DNA of 61,304 bases, filler included, from Chiloscyllium plagiosum (taxonomy: Eukaryota): the NCBI RefSeq assembly GCF_004010195.1. It is 5 parts of one record of this genome, joined end to end, with 100 filler letters (N's around TTAATTAATTAA, not from the genome) between each part and the next. Parts side by side here need not be neighbours in the genome. Positions count along the whole stretch, not along the records: positions 37,868 to 51,146 come from NC_057715.1; positions 51,247 to 58,190 come from NC_057715.1; positions 58,291 to 61,304 come from NC_057715.1; 2 more parts are not named here. One strand, given 5' to 3'. Under the pieces are notes generated by a model. It ran no database searches, was not told where the DNA came from, and saw only the letters and a list, made by a program, of their open reading frames with translations. Shown here piece after piece: positions 49,494-61,304 of this stretch. Both the position numbers and the translations under genes were made by a program. Each line of letters opens with the position of its first letter. The stretch's first letter is position 1.

Positions 49494-49950
49494 AGAGTCA
49501 TAGAGTCAGAGAGTTATACAGCGCAGAAATGATCCTTTGGTCCAACTTGTCCCAACCAACCAGATTCCAAAACTGATCCAGTCCCATTTGCCAGCATTTG
49601 ACCCATGTCCCTCTAAAAGCCTCCTATACATGAATTCATCCAGATCCTTTTTAAATGTTGTAATTGTATTAGCCTCCGCCACTTCGTCTGGCAGCTCATT
49701 CCATACATGTACCACCCTCTGTGTGAAAAAGTTGCTCCTCAGGTCCCTTTAAAACTTTCCTCTCTCACTTTAAAACTGTGCCCCCTAGTTTTGGACTCCT
49801 CTACCCCAGAAAATAAAAATGTGGCTATTCACTGTACCCATGCCCCTCATGATTCTATAAACCTCTATAAGGTCACCCCTCAGCCTCTGATGTTCCAAGA
49901 AAAACAGTCCCAACCTATTCAGCCTTTCCCAACAGCTCAAACTCCCAATC
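49494..49950 (-). mobile_element. CR1 3' end
   Basis: VWNELPDEVAEANTITTFKK; (agagtcat)n tail. Confidence 0.85.
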
Positions 49951-50689
49951 ACAGCCTGCTGAATTTGTGCAGCATTTTCTGTTCATATTTCAGACCTCCA
50001 GCATTAACAGAAATTTATAATTAATTAAGTTGCTCGAAAGATCTAGGAAGTTAAACTTTTCATTTTTTTTTGATAATCAGAGTTCAATAATTTGTGTAAG
50101 TGGCAACTGAAGAAAACGAGTGGGTAGCTGGTGACTAATTATCTTTTTGATTAGTACATTATATTATCAAATAGATAAGGAATGGCTGGACATCTCTGAC
50201 CCCTGGATGCGCATTCTGTTCCATTTGCATACTCAACCATGTTGCCTGAATACTGGAAAACCACTGCATGAAATTTCATCAGCTGTTTTGCTAGTACAGA
50301 CATGATGAGCCAAAGGGTATTCTGTGATCCCAGCTGTGACAACTCAAGCCCTGCTTTAAAGAGCTTGAACAGTACTGTTATCCCGTGCAAGTTGAGATTT
50401 TTGTGCATACAGCATTTATTGATGTGGCCACCCCACTGTTAATTATATACAGGGAGAGAGTGTGTTGATGAATACCTGGCAGTCAAGGATAAATCGGCAG
50501 GTAATGTAGAAGTACCCTTAATGCATTTCAACCTCCAACTAATGTTCAGCTCTAAATTCTGATGATACAGGTGAAACGAATTGATCTTCTGGTGACCATG
50601 ACACCATGGGTGGCTCAGCCATACAGAGAATCACTAAGGGAACTGGAAGAGTAATTGTAACCGGAGACTTGATATGTGAACATAAGGAA

Positions 50690-50885
50690 TTCTGCAGCCA
50701 CAGAGGAGAAGCCAGCTGCAGAGCATCTTGAGTGGGGAGGGCGAAAAGTCACAGGTGGTGAAGGTCCACATAGGTAACAATGACATGGGTAAAAAGAAGG
50801 AATTCTTCCGGCATTTAAAATGTAGTGAATTAGGTTAGAAATTAGCAAACTGACATCCTAAAGTAATGATCTCTGCCTTTGTTGT
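50690..50885 (+). mobile_element. CR1 ORF1 esterase (SGNH) fragment
   Basis: Degraded LQS.LEWGG..VHIGNNDMGKK motif. Confidence 0.5.
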
Positions 50886-50890
50886 AGTCC

Positions 50891-51146
50891 GAGGAGAAAG
50901 TGAGGACTGCAGATGCTGGAGATCAGAGCTGAAAATGTGTTGCTGGAAAAGCGCAGCAGGTCAGGCAGCATCCAAGGAGCAGGAGAATCGACGTTTCAGG
51001 CATGGGCCCTTCTTCAGGAATGAGGAAAGTGTGCCAAGCAGGCTAAGATAAAAGGTAAGGAGGAGGGACTTGGGGGAGGGGTGTTGGAAATGCGATAGGT
51101 GGAAGGAGGTCAAGGTGAGGGTGATAGGCCGGAGTGGGGGTGGGGG
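50891..51146 (-). mobile_element. Penelope-like terminal repeat (family A) with intact hammerhead at ~50986-51020
   Basis: Minus strand UUC CUGAAGA A GGGC CCAU GCCU GAAA CGUC GAUU; homologous to 11165-11393. Confidence 0.8.
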
Positions 51147-51483
51147 NNNNNNNNNNNNNNNNNNNNNNNNNNNNNNNNNNNNNNNNNNNNTTAATTAATT
51201 AANNNNNNNNNNNNNNNNNNNNNNNNNNNNNNNNNNNNNNNNNNNNGACCAGATATCCCAACCCAATCTAGTCCCACCTGCCAGCACCCGGCCCATATCC
51301 CTCCAAACTGTTTCAGATTTCCAGCGTCCACAGTTCTTGATTTAATTTGTGCTTTTTTGTGATGCTGACTGAAGGACAAATATTAGCCAGGATACCAGGG
51401 AGTACTTCCCTCACGTTCTTCAAAATGGGGCCATGGGAATCAGTCACATTCGCCCGAGCAAACAGCTGGGCACTTGGTTTAAT

Positions 51484-51800
51484 GTTGTGGTGGTTCTGTT
51501 CGCCGATCTGGAAGTTTTTGTTGCAAATGTTTCGTCCCCTGGCTAGGCGCCATCATCAGTGCTTGGGAGCCTCCTGCGAAGCGCTTCTTTGATGTTTTCT
51601 CCGGTGTTTATAGTGGTCTGTCCCTGCCGTTTCCGGTTGTCAGTTTCAGCTGTCCGCTGTCGTGGTTGGTATATTGGGTACCCAGCACTGATGATGTCGC
51701 CTAGCCAGGGGACGAAACGTTTGCAACAAAAACTTCCAGCTCGGCGAACAGAACCACAACAACGAGCACCCGAGCTACAAATCTTCGCACAAACTTTGAA
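51484..51800. mobile_element. Short fold-back Penelope-like element with two opposed hammerheads
   Basis: Minus arm 51484-51679 (hammerhead ~51523-51562); plus arm 51681-51800; junction tgggta|ccca. Confidence 0.85.
51685..51724 (+). ncRNA. Minimal hammerhead ribozyme (PLE family B)
   Basis: GCA CUGAUGA U GUCGCC UAGCCA GGGGAC GAAA CGUU UGC, fully consensus. Confidence 0.78.
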
Positions 51801-53485
51801 TTGTCAGATTGTTGTGGAAACACCAATTGGATCTTTAATGTCTTTTTCTTCTTCATATCAAGAATGAATCTGAAATTCTCTCCCCATGGATCTTGAGTGT
51901 CAATTTGAGATTTCTGAGCTGTGAATGATCTTTCCTTGGGTGAGGAAATTAAGAGAGACAGAACAAAGTAGGTCAAATGGTCAAGAATTAAAATACAGAT
52001 CAGCCAAGAACCAACTGAATAGTTGGAGAAGGTCAAATGAGGTCCACGTATTCCTTTGTTTCCATGTGAATAACAGTACATGAAGTCAGATATTTGGCAA
52101 AGTTTCTAATCTTTTTATGATTATCCTGGACAGGATCACCAATTTTATGTTGTTTGACGAGAGACCTGCAACTTTTTTCCCTAAAGTTTGAGATTCATGG
52201 TACTTGTTAAGAAAATAAATACACAAGATTTCACAGTTCTAAGTAAACAAACTAAATTTAACAATGTTATCCATGTAGAATAACCAACAAAAACCATATG
52301 ACTTGTACTTTAACATCTGGAATTAATATGAGGTAAACATGCACTAACAAACAATCCTTAGTCATAGATCCGATAAAGCACATCAAATAACAAATGCAGC
52401 CAAGGCTGATCCCATGGATTTCTCAGTAACTCCTTAGACAGTGATGGATACTTTAGGCCAAATCTCATTAAAGCTTTGTCTTCTTTAAATAAGATTCTAA
52501 TGTTTTACTTTTACTGACATGGTTTTGAAATTTCTTCAAAAGACACTCAATTATGGAATATCTTAATGATTTCTCATGTCCTGTTAGTTCAATCTCTTCC
52601 TAAGATTGCATTCTACCAGTTTTCTAAAATTGTTCTCTCGCATCCATTCACAGGGACAATCTTTTTCAAAGAGTTACACTAAACTGACATACAACTGGCT
52701 TTCTCTAAGGTCCAACACTTCTCAGCTGCACCAAGCGAAAAACACTTGTGGGCCTCCTCTACCTTTACTCTCAGATGTACTGACTATCAATAGTTTCCTG
52801 GGTCTATTCTGAGCCTAAAATGACCTGGGGAACATGCCAGGGCTTTTATGGCTCCCAGAGCTGATAGAATTCCCAGGACTGACTAGCACTATAGACATAG
52901 CGTCTTCTGTTTTGACTGCATCTGATCAACTAACTAAAATGGACAGTTTAGTAATTCTTGAACTGTTTTGAGTGGTTCATTGAAAACCTCACCCTCATTC
53001 TAGGCATGATAAAATGCAGCAATCAATAATGGAAAATCCTGTTCCCTGAATGAACGTTAAAATATTCACAGATTGCTGGGTTACGTAGGATAAATTGATA
53101 CAAAAAGAACCGAAACAAAAACAGAAATTGCTGGAACAACTCAGTGGGTCTGGCAGCATTTGTAGAGGGAAAGCATAGTTAATATTATGGGTCCAGTGGC
53201 ACCTCTTCAGAACCCTTTCCAACGGAAATTGATTTTATCACACTTCTTGACACTTTTTCAGGAAAATTAGCAAAGGTAGTGGTGAGAAATCAATTGGTGA
53301 GTCACTCCATTGGGCACAATTCCAGAGATGGAAGATAATGTGGAAAGTTGTAATTTTGTTCAATTTGGGAAGGAGAATGAAAGAGGTAGAGTATTTTTTA
53401 AAGGGGAATGACTGTCGATTTCTGAGCTGCAAAGGCAATTTTAGTGTACCAGTAACAAAAGAAATGTAAGTACATCATGTAATCA

Positions 53486-54223
53486 TCATCATCAGAGGCC
53501 TTTCACACATGAGAATGACTCTCTTCCACGCTCTGGGTGAGTCTACATCTCGCTAGACAGACCAATATGGCTTCCACAGACTGTGTTACATTTGGGGCAC
53601 AGGTTAGTCACAGGAAGGGAGTATGTTGGGCATTGGTGTGACAGCATGGTCCTTTTGTTGTTTTTGCCTGGCTTCCATTTTTTCCCAACGACAAATCTTG
53701 AGGTGCTTGTTGCCATCTCGGATGCTCCTACTCCACTTTGGACGGTCTTGGGCCAGTGATTCCCAAGTGTCTGTGGGAATGTAGCACTTCTCCAGTGAGA
53801 CCTTGAGAGTATCCCTGAAGGGGCTCTCCTGCCAGTTCAGAGCTGGGAGTAGAGCATCTGCTTGTGGAGTCTCGTGTCGGTCATGCGGACGGCATGCCCA
53901 GCCCATTGTAGCCAATCAGCGGGGGTCAGTACCTCGATGCTGGGAATGTTGGCCTGGTCGAGGACGCTGGTGTTAGTGTGTCTTTCTTCCCAGCAGATTT
54001 GTAGGATCTTGCCCAGGCTGCATTAGTGGTACTGCTCCAGTGCCTTGTGGTGTCTGCTGTAGACAGTCCACAGTACCAAGTAGGAGGGTGGAAACCATCA
54101 CAGCCCTGTAAACCATTATCTTGGTGTCGGATCTGATGTTATTGTTCGCAAACACCCTGTTCCTCAGGCAGCCAAAAGGCTGCACTAACAACTGGAGGTG
54201 ATGCTGGATCTCTTCATCAATAA
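53486..54223 (-). mobile_element. RTE-clade LINE 3' portion inserted in an old CR1 fragment
   Basis: FGCLRNRVF..TKIMVYRAV..; RDTLKVSLEKC.I..DTWESLAQDR..W; (GAT)n tail; 10-bp TSD catgtaatca (53476-53485, 54224-54233). Confidence 0.85.
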
Positions 54224-57200
54224 CATGTAATCAAGAAGGCTAATGGCTAACATTAGCCATTTTTCTCCTGATTATATGTTGTACCATGTTCAAGTGGGAT
54301 TCCCCTGGGAAATTAACCAAATGATCTATGTGAGTTTTGACCTCATAGAATTCAATGGGGTCAATTGTGCAAAGAGTGTAAAAGATGCAAAATTTGTCAC
54401 ATTGGCTTCCTGCCCTTTCTTTGGCAAAGTGGAAAGTCCCTTCAGGCATAAAGCTGCAAATGAACACTCATTTCTTACAGATTTTGCCTTCGACTAATTT
54501 GTCTATTAGAATAATTATAAGGATAGATGACTTTAGAAGTGCTAAACGGTTACACAAAACAGTTCCTGGAGTCAAATCTATTAACCTTTCATTAAAATGC
54601 CTTTGTTTTATTATCTGGAATATGTAATAGAAAGAAGTGTTAGAATAAATAGCCTATCACAGAATGTCTTTCCTTTGTCAAAAATGCATAGCTTTAAAAT
54701 AAATACGTTATCTGAAATTAACCAGAACAGAATTAAATTAAAATTAGCTTCCTCAATTCTGCAAAGTTAGGTAAAGATGTTAAATAAAAACAGCTTAACT
54801 CATAAGGCACGTTTCAGCTTACTTTAATTTTATTTTTGAGACTGTATTTTTACTCCAATTCAAAAACCCAAATGATTCAGAAATGTTTTTCATTCAAAAT
54901 TAAATCTGACCTATCTCTAACACCCCCTCTCCCCAAATAAATTATCGAGTTTGGGAGTCAGTTGGAGCTATCCAAACTAAGGTTGATAGATTTTTGTTGG
55001 GCAAGTGTACAAAGGGATTTAGTACAAAATCAAGAGAATAAATACTGATCAGCTAGGCTGAATGTGAGTTGGAATACTGGAGCAGCCTGGAGTGACCAGA
55101 TGGTATATAGTTGCTCTACTGGGTAGCATCTTGATCTGGCATCTGGGGACTACCCCACAGGCTGGAGAGTCAGTGAAAGTCCCACAATGCTTCTTTTTGC
55201 GAAGGTCAAACAAAATTTTGAGACCAACACTGGATCTTGCCCTGAAATCAAGTCCCTGGCAGTGGACACTCTGCCTATCGCGATAGGTGTTGGTCAATCA
55301 GAGACCTGCAGCTCTCACACTCATCAGTGCCACTGAGGAGACTGCTGTTGAAAGAAGCTGAATCCAGTCTGGCCTCACCCACACCCAACTCTCTACAGAG
55401 GAGTGACAAGCGGCATGCCCAAAGTTTGACCTCTCATGCATGTTGCATGATGACCAGCTGGATTGACCCCAGTGGTGTTGGGATGAGGTCTTTAGGTAGT
55501 CATTAACAGATAGCGGTTGAAATGGGAAGGTTCACAATTGGTCTTTCTGCTCAGGTAAGAATACAGTGACATTCAGGTATGCATCCACCCCACCTAACTA
55601 TCCTCTAAACTCATCAGCCATGGGAGCAAAAGATTCTGTCCAATGTGCCAATTTTGAGGGATGCGCTCCATGTCAAATACCAACATTTAACAGAATGCTT
55701 GTGGAACTGGATCCATTTTGCACATACACATACAATTTAAATCTCACTACTTAGACATTTATATCGGCTTATGGGGTTAGCAGTGTGTTAATATGTTTAT
55801 TCCTTTATCATTTTAATGGAGACATCAACTAATTTATCTTACTCTGTGCCTCTGTTAAGAAAGTGAAAAAAATTGAATTTTGAAGCCATTAAAGTGCGAA
55901 GTACTAGCATGCCTGGGAGTAATATCAAAGCAATAGATAATAATGGTCATCAGGAAGTGATTATAAGGCAGTAATCTCATCAAGACTCTAAGATGATAAC
56001 ACAGAGTAAAGCTAAATTGCTTATAACCACCTTGATATCATTGCAATGTTCTATTTAATTATGTATATAATTTTAATGCATGTAGACTGCTAAGGCATAG
56101 AAATAGTCTGAATCTGATTTGGCCTACCTTTGCCAATGGCATTGGCAGCATCACCTATCACGGTAAACACCAATAGTTATGCACTCCATAAAGTTGATGT
56201 TATGTGTTCTTTGAACAGAGGATGTGATTCATTTTCGTTTAGAAGAAATGACATTGTCAGCATTTAACAAAAGACAATAACTTTGGGCATCTGCAGCAAA
56301 TTATAAGGGAATTAGGATCATAGGAGGTCTTGCAGTGTTATTGAGCGTGTTACTATTTATTGCTTGTCACCAGGATCTGATTATGTGGCCTTAGGAATAT
56401 TTGCAGCAGTTAATATCCAAACAGTAAGCACTTACATCAGCTCGCAATACTCTTAAGCAACTGCATCAACACATTTCTGACTTCCCCACAGTCTGACAGA
56501 TACATAACATCCTTCCTTGGGGCTCAGCTTTTGCTTGCACTTCAGTTGCTGATAAGCTAGAGAAACATGACCCGTCGCTTCTACAGCTCTCCACCATGGT
56601 TATTGGAAAGCATAATCGATATCGCAAGATGAAAAATGTCACAGTGGTAAGCCAATCAGAAAAGTTAATTTGTCAACAAGTTATTTCCCCAAGTTGCTTG
56701 GGGCTTTCAATGTAAGGAATTGCTTTTAAAAGTGTCTCAGTGATGGCATCTACAATAATTACATGCTGAAAATCTGCTGGAAGACATTGATTGAAGCAAT
56801 ACCCTGTAGAACGCTACTGACGCTGCACTGATCAACACTTCTTGGTTTATAAGTCACAGCATTTATATGTACCATTCATCACCAGAAAACAAGCAGGAGA
56901 AAGATAGTGGCTCAACACTTTGGGTGGACAAAATGAATGCAAGAATCACATTTGCAATTGGGAGCTCACTGCAGTGAAATTTAGATTAATTACAACCCAC
57001 AATCAAATGTGAAGGGAAATGGAGTAATTAAAGTCAGCAGGTCTATTCTCTTTCTTTGGGGCTTACTTTAGTGGCTGAAATGACATTAAAATCTAATTGT
57101 GTGACCTGGATCTTTTCTGTGTTAATTGATAAACTGCTGCAGGAATTCCTGAGCTAATCTTCACGTTTAGCCATTAGCAGCTGCAGAGTGATTAGTAAAA

Positions 57201-57336
57201 CAAAATTGTCAGCGATTCCACGGTTTAAATCTTGCTTGGAGATGCAGCAGAGTCTGACCATACATCATTTGGTGAACGTAGAACAGAAAAAAAAAAGAAT
57301 TGCTTAATCATATTAAAACATGTTAACTGTGGCAAG

Positions 57337-57621
57337 AGCTGAATCAGACAGGAATTTAGGATTATTCTTGACAACAAATGTGCTTCTGTGGTGACATATA
57401 TTGCTCATATGAACATAGTCAACTGTTGTGGAATAGTTGGGCTGAATGGCCTGTTTCTTTTTTTTTAATCATTCATGCAGCTGAATCAGACAGGAATTTA
57501 GGATTATTCTTGACAACAAATGTGCTTCTGTGGTGACATATATTGCTCATATGGAACATAGTCAACTGTTGTGGAATAGTTGGGCTGAATGGCCTGTTTC
57601 TTTTTTTTTAATCATTCATGC
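57337..57621 (+). repeat. Near-perfect tandem duplication of 142 bp
   Basis: 57337-57478 repeats at 57479-57621; the only difference I saw is atgaac vs atggaac. Confidence 0.95.
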
Positions 57622-58114
57622 GACGAGGGCGTCACTGACTAGGCCAGCATTTATTGCCCATTCCCAATTGCCCAGAGCTGTGACATTTTTGTTGTGACAT
57701 TTTCTTGAACACTTAGTTAGGTGCTCAAATCCCTCCCAGTCAGTTTTGGCAGCTTGAATTTTCATTAAAAGAAAAACACTGTGTTTCCTGAAAATTTGAA
57801 CAAGATACACGAAGTGCTGGAAATATCCAGTGGCTCTGGCAGCATCTTTGAAGAAGGAAATAATGTTGTGAATCAATTCTGGTTCCTCTTATTCTGAATA
57901 CTGCCAGACTGCTGAGCATTTCCAGCACTTGCTGTTTCTTTGTTAGCATTTTTGTTCTTCAATTTCAGACAAGAATAAGTCAAGAATGTGTTTAAAATCA
58001 AAACTGTAGAATCTACCACCCAACTTTCTCCATGGCTACACTGGCTGCAGTTTTGATTGGGCCTTCAGTTTGGTGCCCAAGGGTTAGACTACAAATAGAC
58101 TTCATCAAAATCCA

Positions 58115-58190
58115 AGGCAGCACAATGGCTCAGTGGTTAGCACTGCTGCCTCACAGCATCAGGGACCTGGGTTCAATTCCAGCCATGGGC
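58115..58190 (+). mobile_element. HE1-like SINE head (cut by gap)
   Basis: tggctcagtggttagcactgctgcctcacag..gggttcaattcc. Confidence 0.8.
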
Positions 58191-58290
58191 NNNNNNNNNN
58201 NNNNNNNNNNNNNNNNNNNNNNNNNNNNNNNNNNTTAATTAATTAANNNNNNNNNNNNNNNNNNNNNNNNNNNNNNNNNNNNNNNNNNNN

Positions 58291-58425
58291 CTCTAGCTTA
58301 TCTCTCCACGCTCCAGGCTCACTGCCTTTATTCCTGATGAGGGGCTTTTGCCCGAAATGTCGATTTCGAAGCTCCTTGGATGCTGCCTGAACTGCTGTGC
58401 TCTTCCAGCACCACTAATCCAGAAT
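58291..58425 (+). mobile_element. Penelope-like terminal repeat with hammerhead at ~58331-58365
   Basis: UUC CUGAUGA G GGGC UUUU GCCC GAAA UGUC GAUU; reverse-complement homologue of 1590-1715. Confidence 0.78.
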
Positions 58426-59749
58426 GTGGACCAAACGGTCTGTTCCCCATGCTGTACATCACTATGACTCAATGACTCTGAAACATACACATCTGCCTCT
58501 GAGCTGTGGAAGGTGAAATTCCACCTTCTGACTTATGAGAAATATTACTTCTTGGCAGACGAGATACCTTGAGTAATATCTGATCAGCTGATTAAAATAA
58601 AGGGAACTGGCTTCAGTCTGATCAGAAGTTGGGAACCATTGTCAGAAGTTATCTCACAAAATTTACTGCTTTCATGCTTTTACAGAAAATATGTATCTGA
58701 AACTTGAAACGTGGAGAATTGTCCCCATTTTTTCTTTTCACTGGTAATTTTCCCACTTACAGTATGTAATGAGAGAATGGAATCTTTGTGAATACACTTG
58801 CCTTGCTGCTGAGTATTACATGTTCAAGAATTTATACTAAATAACCTCATCTGCTTCAGCACATGCCTGTAAGCTCATGTTTTGAAAGAATGAATCGCAA
58901 ATATTGGCATGGTCTTAAAATGGTCTTTTCAAATGAAATACAGGAATTGTAGGATGGACAGCAGCCAATCAAAAGATCGTAACATACAGAGAAAAATGAG
59001 CAACAAAACCCAATCTCAATGATTCAAATTATACATCAGGTTTTTGATGGTATAGCCTGAATCAAACATGTCACAGTGATCAATACTCTGACTACACTGC
59101 CAGCACCCCTTCAAACATATCAACAGGCCCAGAAATGCCAACTTGGCACTTGTCAAGAGAAATTGCCTTTACAGTATCAACATCAACAGACAACCTCAAG
59201 CAGAGTTGCACAATCTGCTCTTAAGATAACTGTAGCCATCATGCAGCATAGAGCCAGCAAATGCAACTGCGATACGTGTGACTGATAACATGACTTCCTT
59301 TTACAGGTAGGCTGCAGTATTGCAGTGGGAGGATGTTCTTGCAACCACTGATGAAGCATCATCTCGAGTATTCCACTCCCCCCAATCCCCCCAACCAGGC
59401 TAGCTCCTCAACAATCATCCCTCAGCCCTGTGAGCTCATCCAAAACACTGCTTTCTGTATTTTTGCTCACACAAAGTCCTTCAGTCCTGTATCTACTGAC
59501 CTAAAATTACCTTCCAGTCTGGTAGTGCCTCAATTTTAAAGTTCTCATTCTTGTTTACAAATCATTGAGTGGCCTCTGTATCATTGCAACCATCTCTAAA
59601 CCACACACCTTTCTTTTCTGAACTCTTACACATCTTCAACTTTCTTTGGTACACCATTAATGGCATATATTTAACTGTCAAGGCCCTAAACTCTAGAATT
59701 CCTTCCCTGAATCTCTCCACTCTCCCTATTCCTTGAAACCCTGTTTGAG

Positions 59750-60215
59750 AACATACGAGTACAAGAAGTATGAGCACAAGTAGGCCCCATGAGCCTGCTT
59801 CTCCATTATGAAATGGTTGATCTTTAAGTTCCACCCTGCCCACAACCCTTATCCCTTGATTCCCTGAGAGACCACAAGTTTGTCAAACTCATGTTTATTT
59901 AATGACGGCACACTAAAATCCTTCAAAGTTTAAGAATTTCAAAGATTCAAACTCTTTGAATGAAGAAAGATCTTTCCTCTCAGTCCTGAACCTGAAACTG
60001 TGCTGCAGTGCTGTAGATTTTTCAGCCAGGGAAAACAGCCTCTTAGTGTCCCATCCTGTCGAGCACTTTCCTCATCTTGAATGTTTCAATAAAATTACCT
60101 CTCAGTTCCCTAAACTCCAGTGATTAGAGGCCCAATTTCCTCAGCCACTTGTCAAGGGTCAACTCTTTCAATCCAAAGAGCAATGCAATGACCACCCTCC
60201 GTTCTGCCTCCAAAA
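59750..60215 (-). mobile_element. Old CR1 3' end
   Basis: Degraded CR1 3' sequence with a (cataagaa)-like tail. Confidence 0.55.
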
Positions 60216-60319
60216 TAAATATAATCTCCCTGTTTTTGGAAGCATTTGGTCACCTCTCCTAAAGTCTCCTCACATGGTTTGGTATCAAAGCTTATTTAAA
60301 ATGCTCTTTGGGATGTTTC

Positions 60320-60598
60320 TTTTATTCACTTGTGGGATATGGACTTGGTGACCAGGCCAGCATTCACTACCTGTTCCTAGTTGCCCTTGACAACGATGGT
60401 GGTGGCCTGTCTTCTCAAACCACTGCTGCAGATAGACCCACAATGCTGTGAGGGAGGGAATTCCAAGATTTTCACTCATCAACAGTGAAGGAATGGCAAC
60501 ATATTTCCAAGTCAGGATGGCGAGTGGGTAGGAGCAGAATTTGCAGGTGGGTGACTTTCTATTTATCTGCTGCCCTTGCCCTTCTAGATGGAAGTGGT
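60320..60598 (-). mobile_element. L2/Crack-like LINE 3' end
   Basis: Homologous to 14722-15010. Confidence 0.6.
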
Positions 60599-61048
60599 TA
60601 TAGAGTCATAGAGTCATAGAGATGTACAGCATGGAAACAGACCCAACCCATCCATGCCGACCAGATATCCCAACCCAATCTAGTCCCACCTACTAGTACC
60701 CGGCCTATGTTCCTCCAAACCCTTCCTATTCATATACCCATCCAAATGCCTCTTAAATGTTGCAATTGTACCAGCCTCCACCACATCCTCTGGCAGCTCA
60801 TTCCATACACATACTACCCTCTGCGTGAAAAAGTTGCCCCTTAGGTCTCTTTTATATCTTTCCCCTCTCACCCTAAACCTATGCCCTCTAGTTCTGGACT
60901 CCCCAACCCCAGGGAAAAGACTTTGTCTATTTATCCTATCCATGCCCCTCATGATTTTGTAAACCTCTATAAGGTCACCCCTCAGCCTCCGACGCTCCAA
61001 GGAAAACAGTCCTAGCCTATTCAGCCTCTCCCTGTAGCCTCAGATCCT
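60599..61048 (-). mobile_element. Young CR1 3' end
   Basis: ORF 60680..61000 RRRLRGDLIEVYKIMRGMDR..; (tagagtca)n tail. Confidence 0.9.
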
Positions 61049-61304
61049 CCAACCCTGGCAACATCCTGGAGCCCACAAGGGAGCAGGCTATTCTAGACCT
61101 AGTGCTCTGTAATGAACCAGCCTTTATAAAAAATCTTAAAGTAAGGGAACACTTAGGAAGCAGCGATCATAATATGGTAGAGTTCAGTCTGCAGTTTGAA
61201 AGAGAGAAGGCAAAATCGGATGTAATGGTGTTACAGTTAAATAAAGGTAATTATGAGGGCATGAGAGAGGAACTGATGAAAATAGACTGGAAGCAGAGCC
61301 TAGC
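61049..61304 (+). mobile_element. CR1 ORF2 APE-end fragment
   Basis: EPTREQAILDLVLCNEP..REHLGSSDHNMVEFSLQF..LNKGNYEGMREELMKIDW. Confidence 0.85.

Noticed and set aside
54240..54627. Overlapping 75-84 aa ORFs on both strands
   Set aside because: No recognisable domain or splice context; start within a CR1 remnant.
22716..58290. Recurrent TTAATTAATTAA motif flanked by Ns (four times)
   Set aside because: Fixed 100-bp synthetic linker with stops in all six frames; an assembly artefact, not biology.

Overview
Eukaryotic, repeat-dense genomic DNA. The SINE/LINE repertoire suggests a cartilaginous fish (shark); this is an inference. The first 13.5 kb holds five phase-consistent internal coding exons of a + strand gene recognised as VWA3B (1009-1165, 2302-2420, 9615-9665, 9771-9948, 13361-13502). 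I found no later VWA3B exon. The rest is mostly degraded retroelements: many CR1 LINEs, HE1-type tRNA SINEs, L2/Crack-like, Rex1/Babar, Tx1-like L1, RTE, Gypsy remnants, a solo LTR, and many Penelope-like elements (PLEs). Most notable: minimal hammerhead ribozyme motifs of at least four sequence families in the PLEs, some overlapping the GIY-YIG stop codon; TSD-bounded inverted PLE structures, one apparently carrying captured DNA; a ~600-bp spacer-less intronic palindrome; a 739-bp solo LTR with TSD; and a 24-bp minisatellite. Four 100-bp N-TTAATTAATTAA-N linkers are artificial joins, so contiguity across them is not guaranteed. Repeat boundaries are read by eye and are approximate unless a TSD is quoted.
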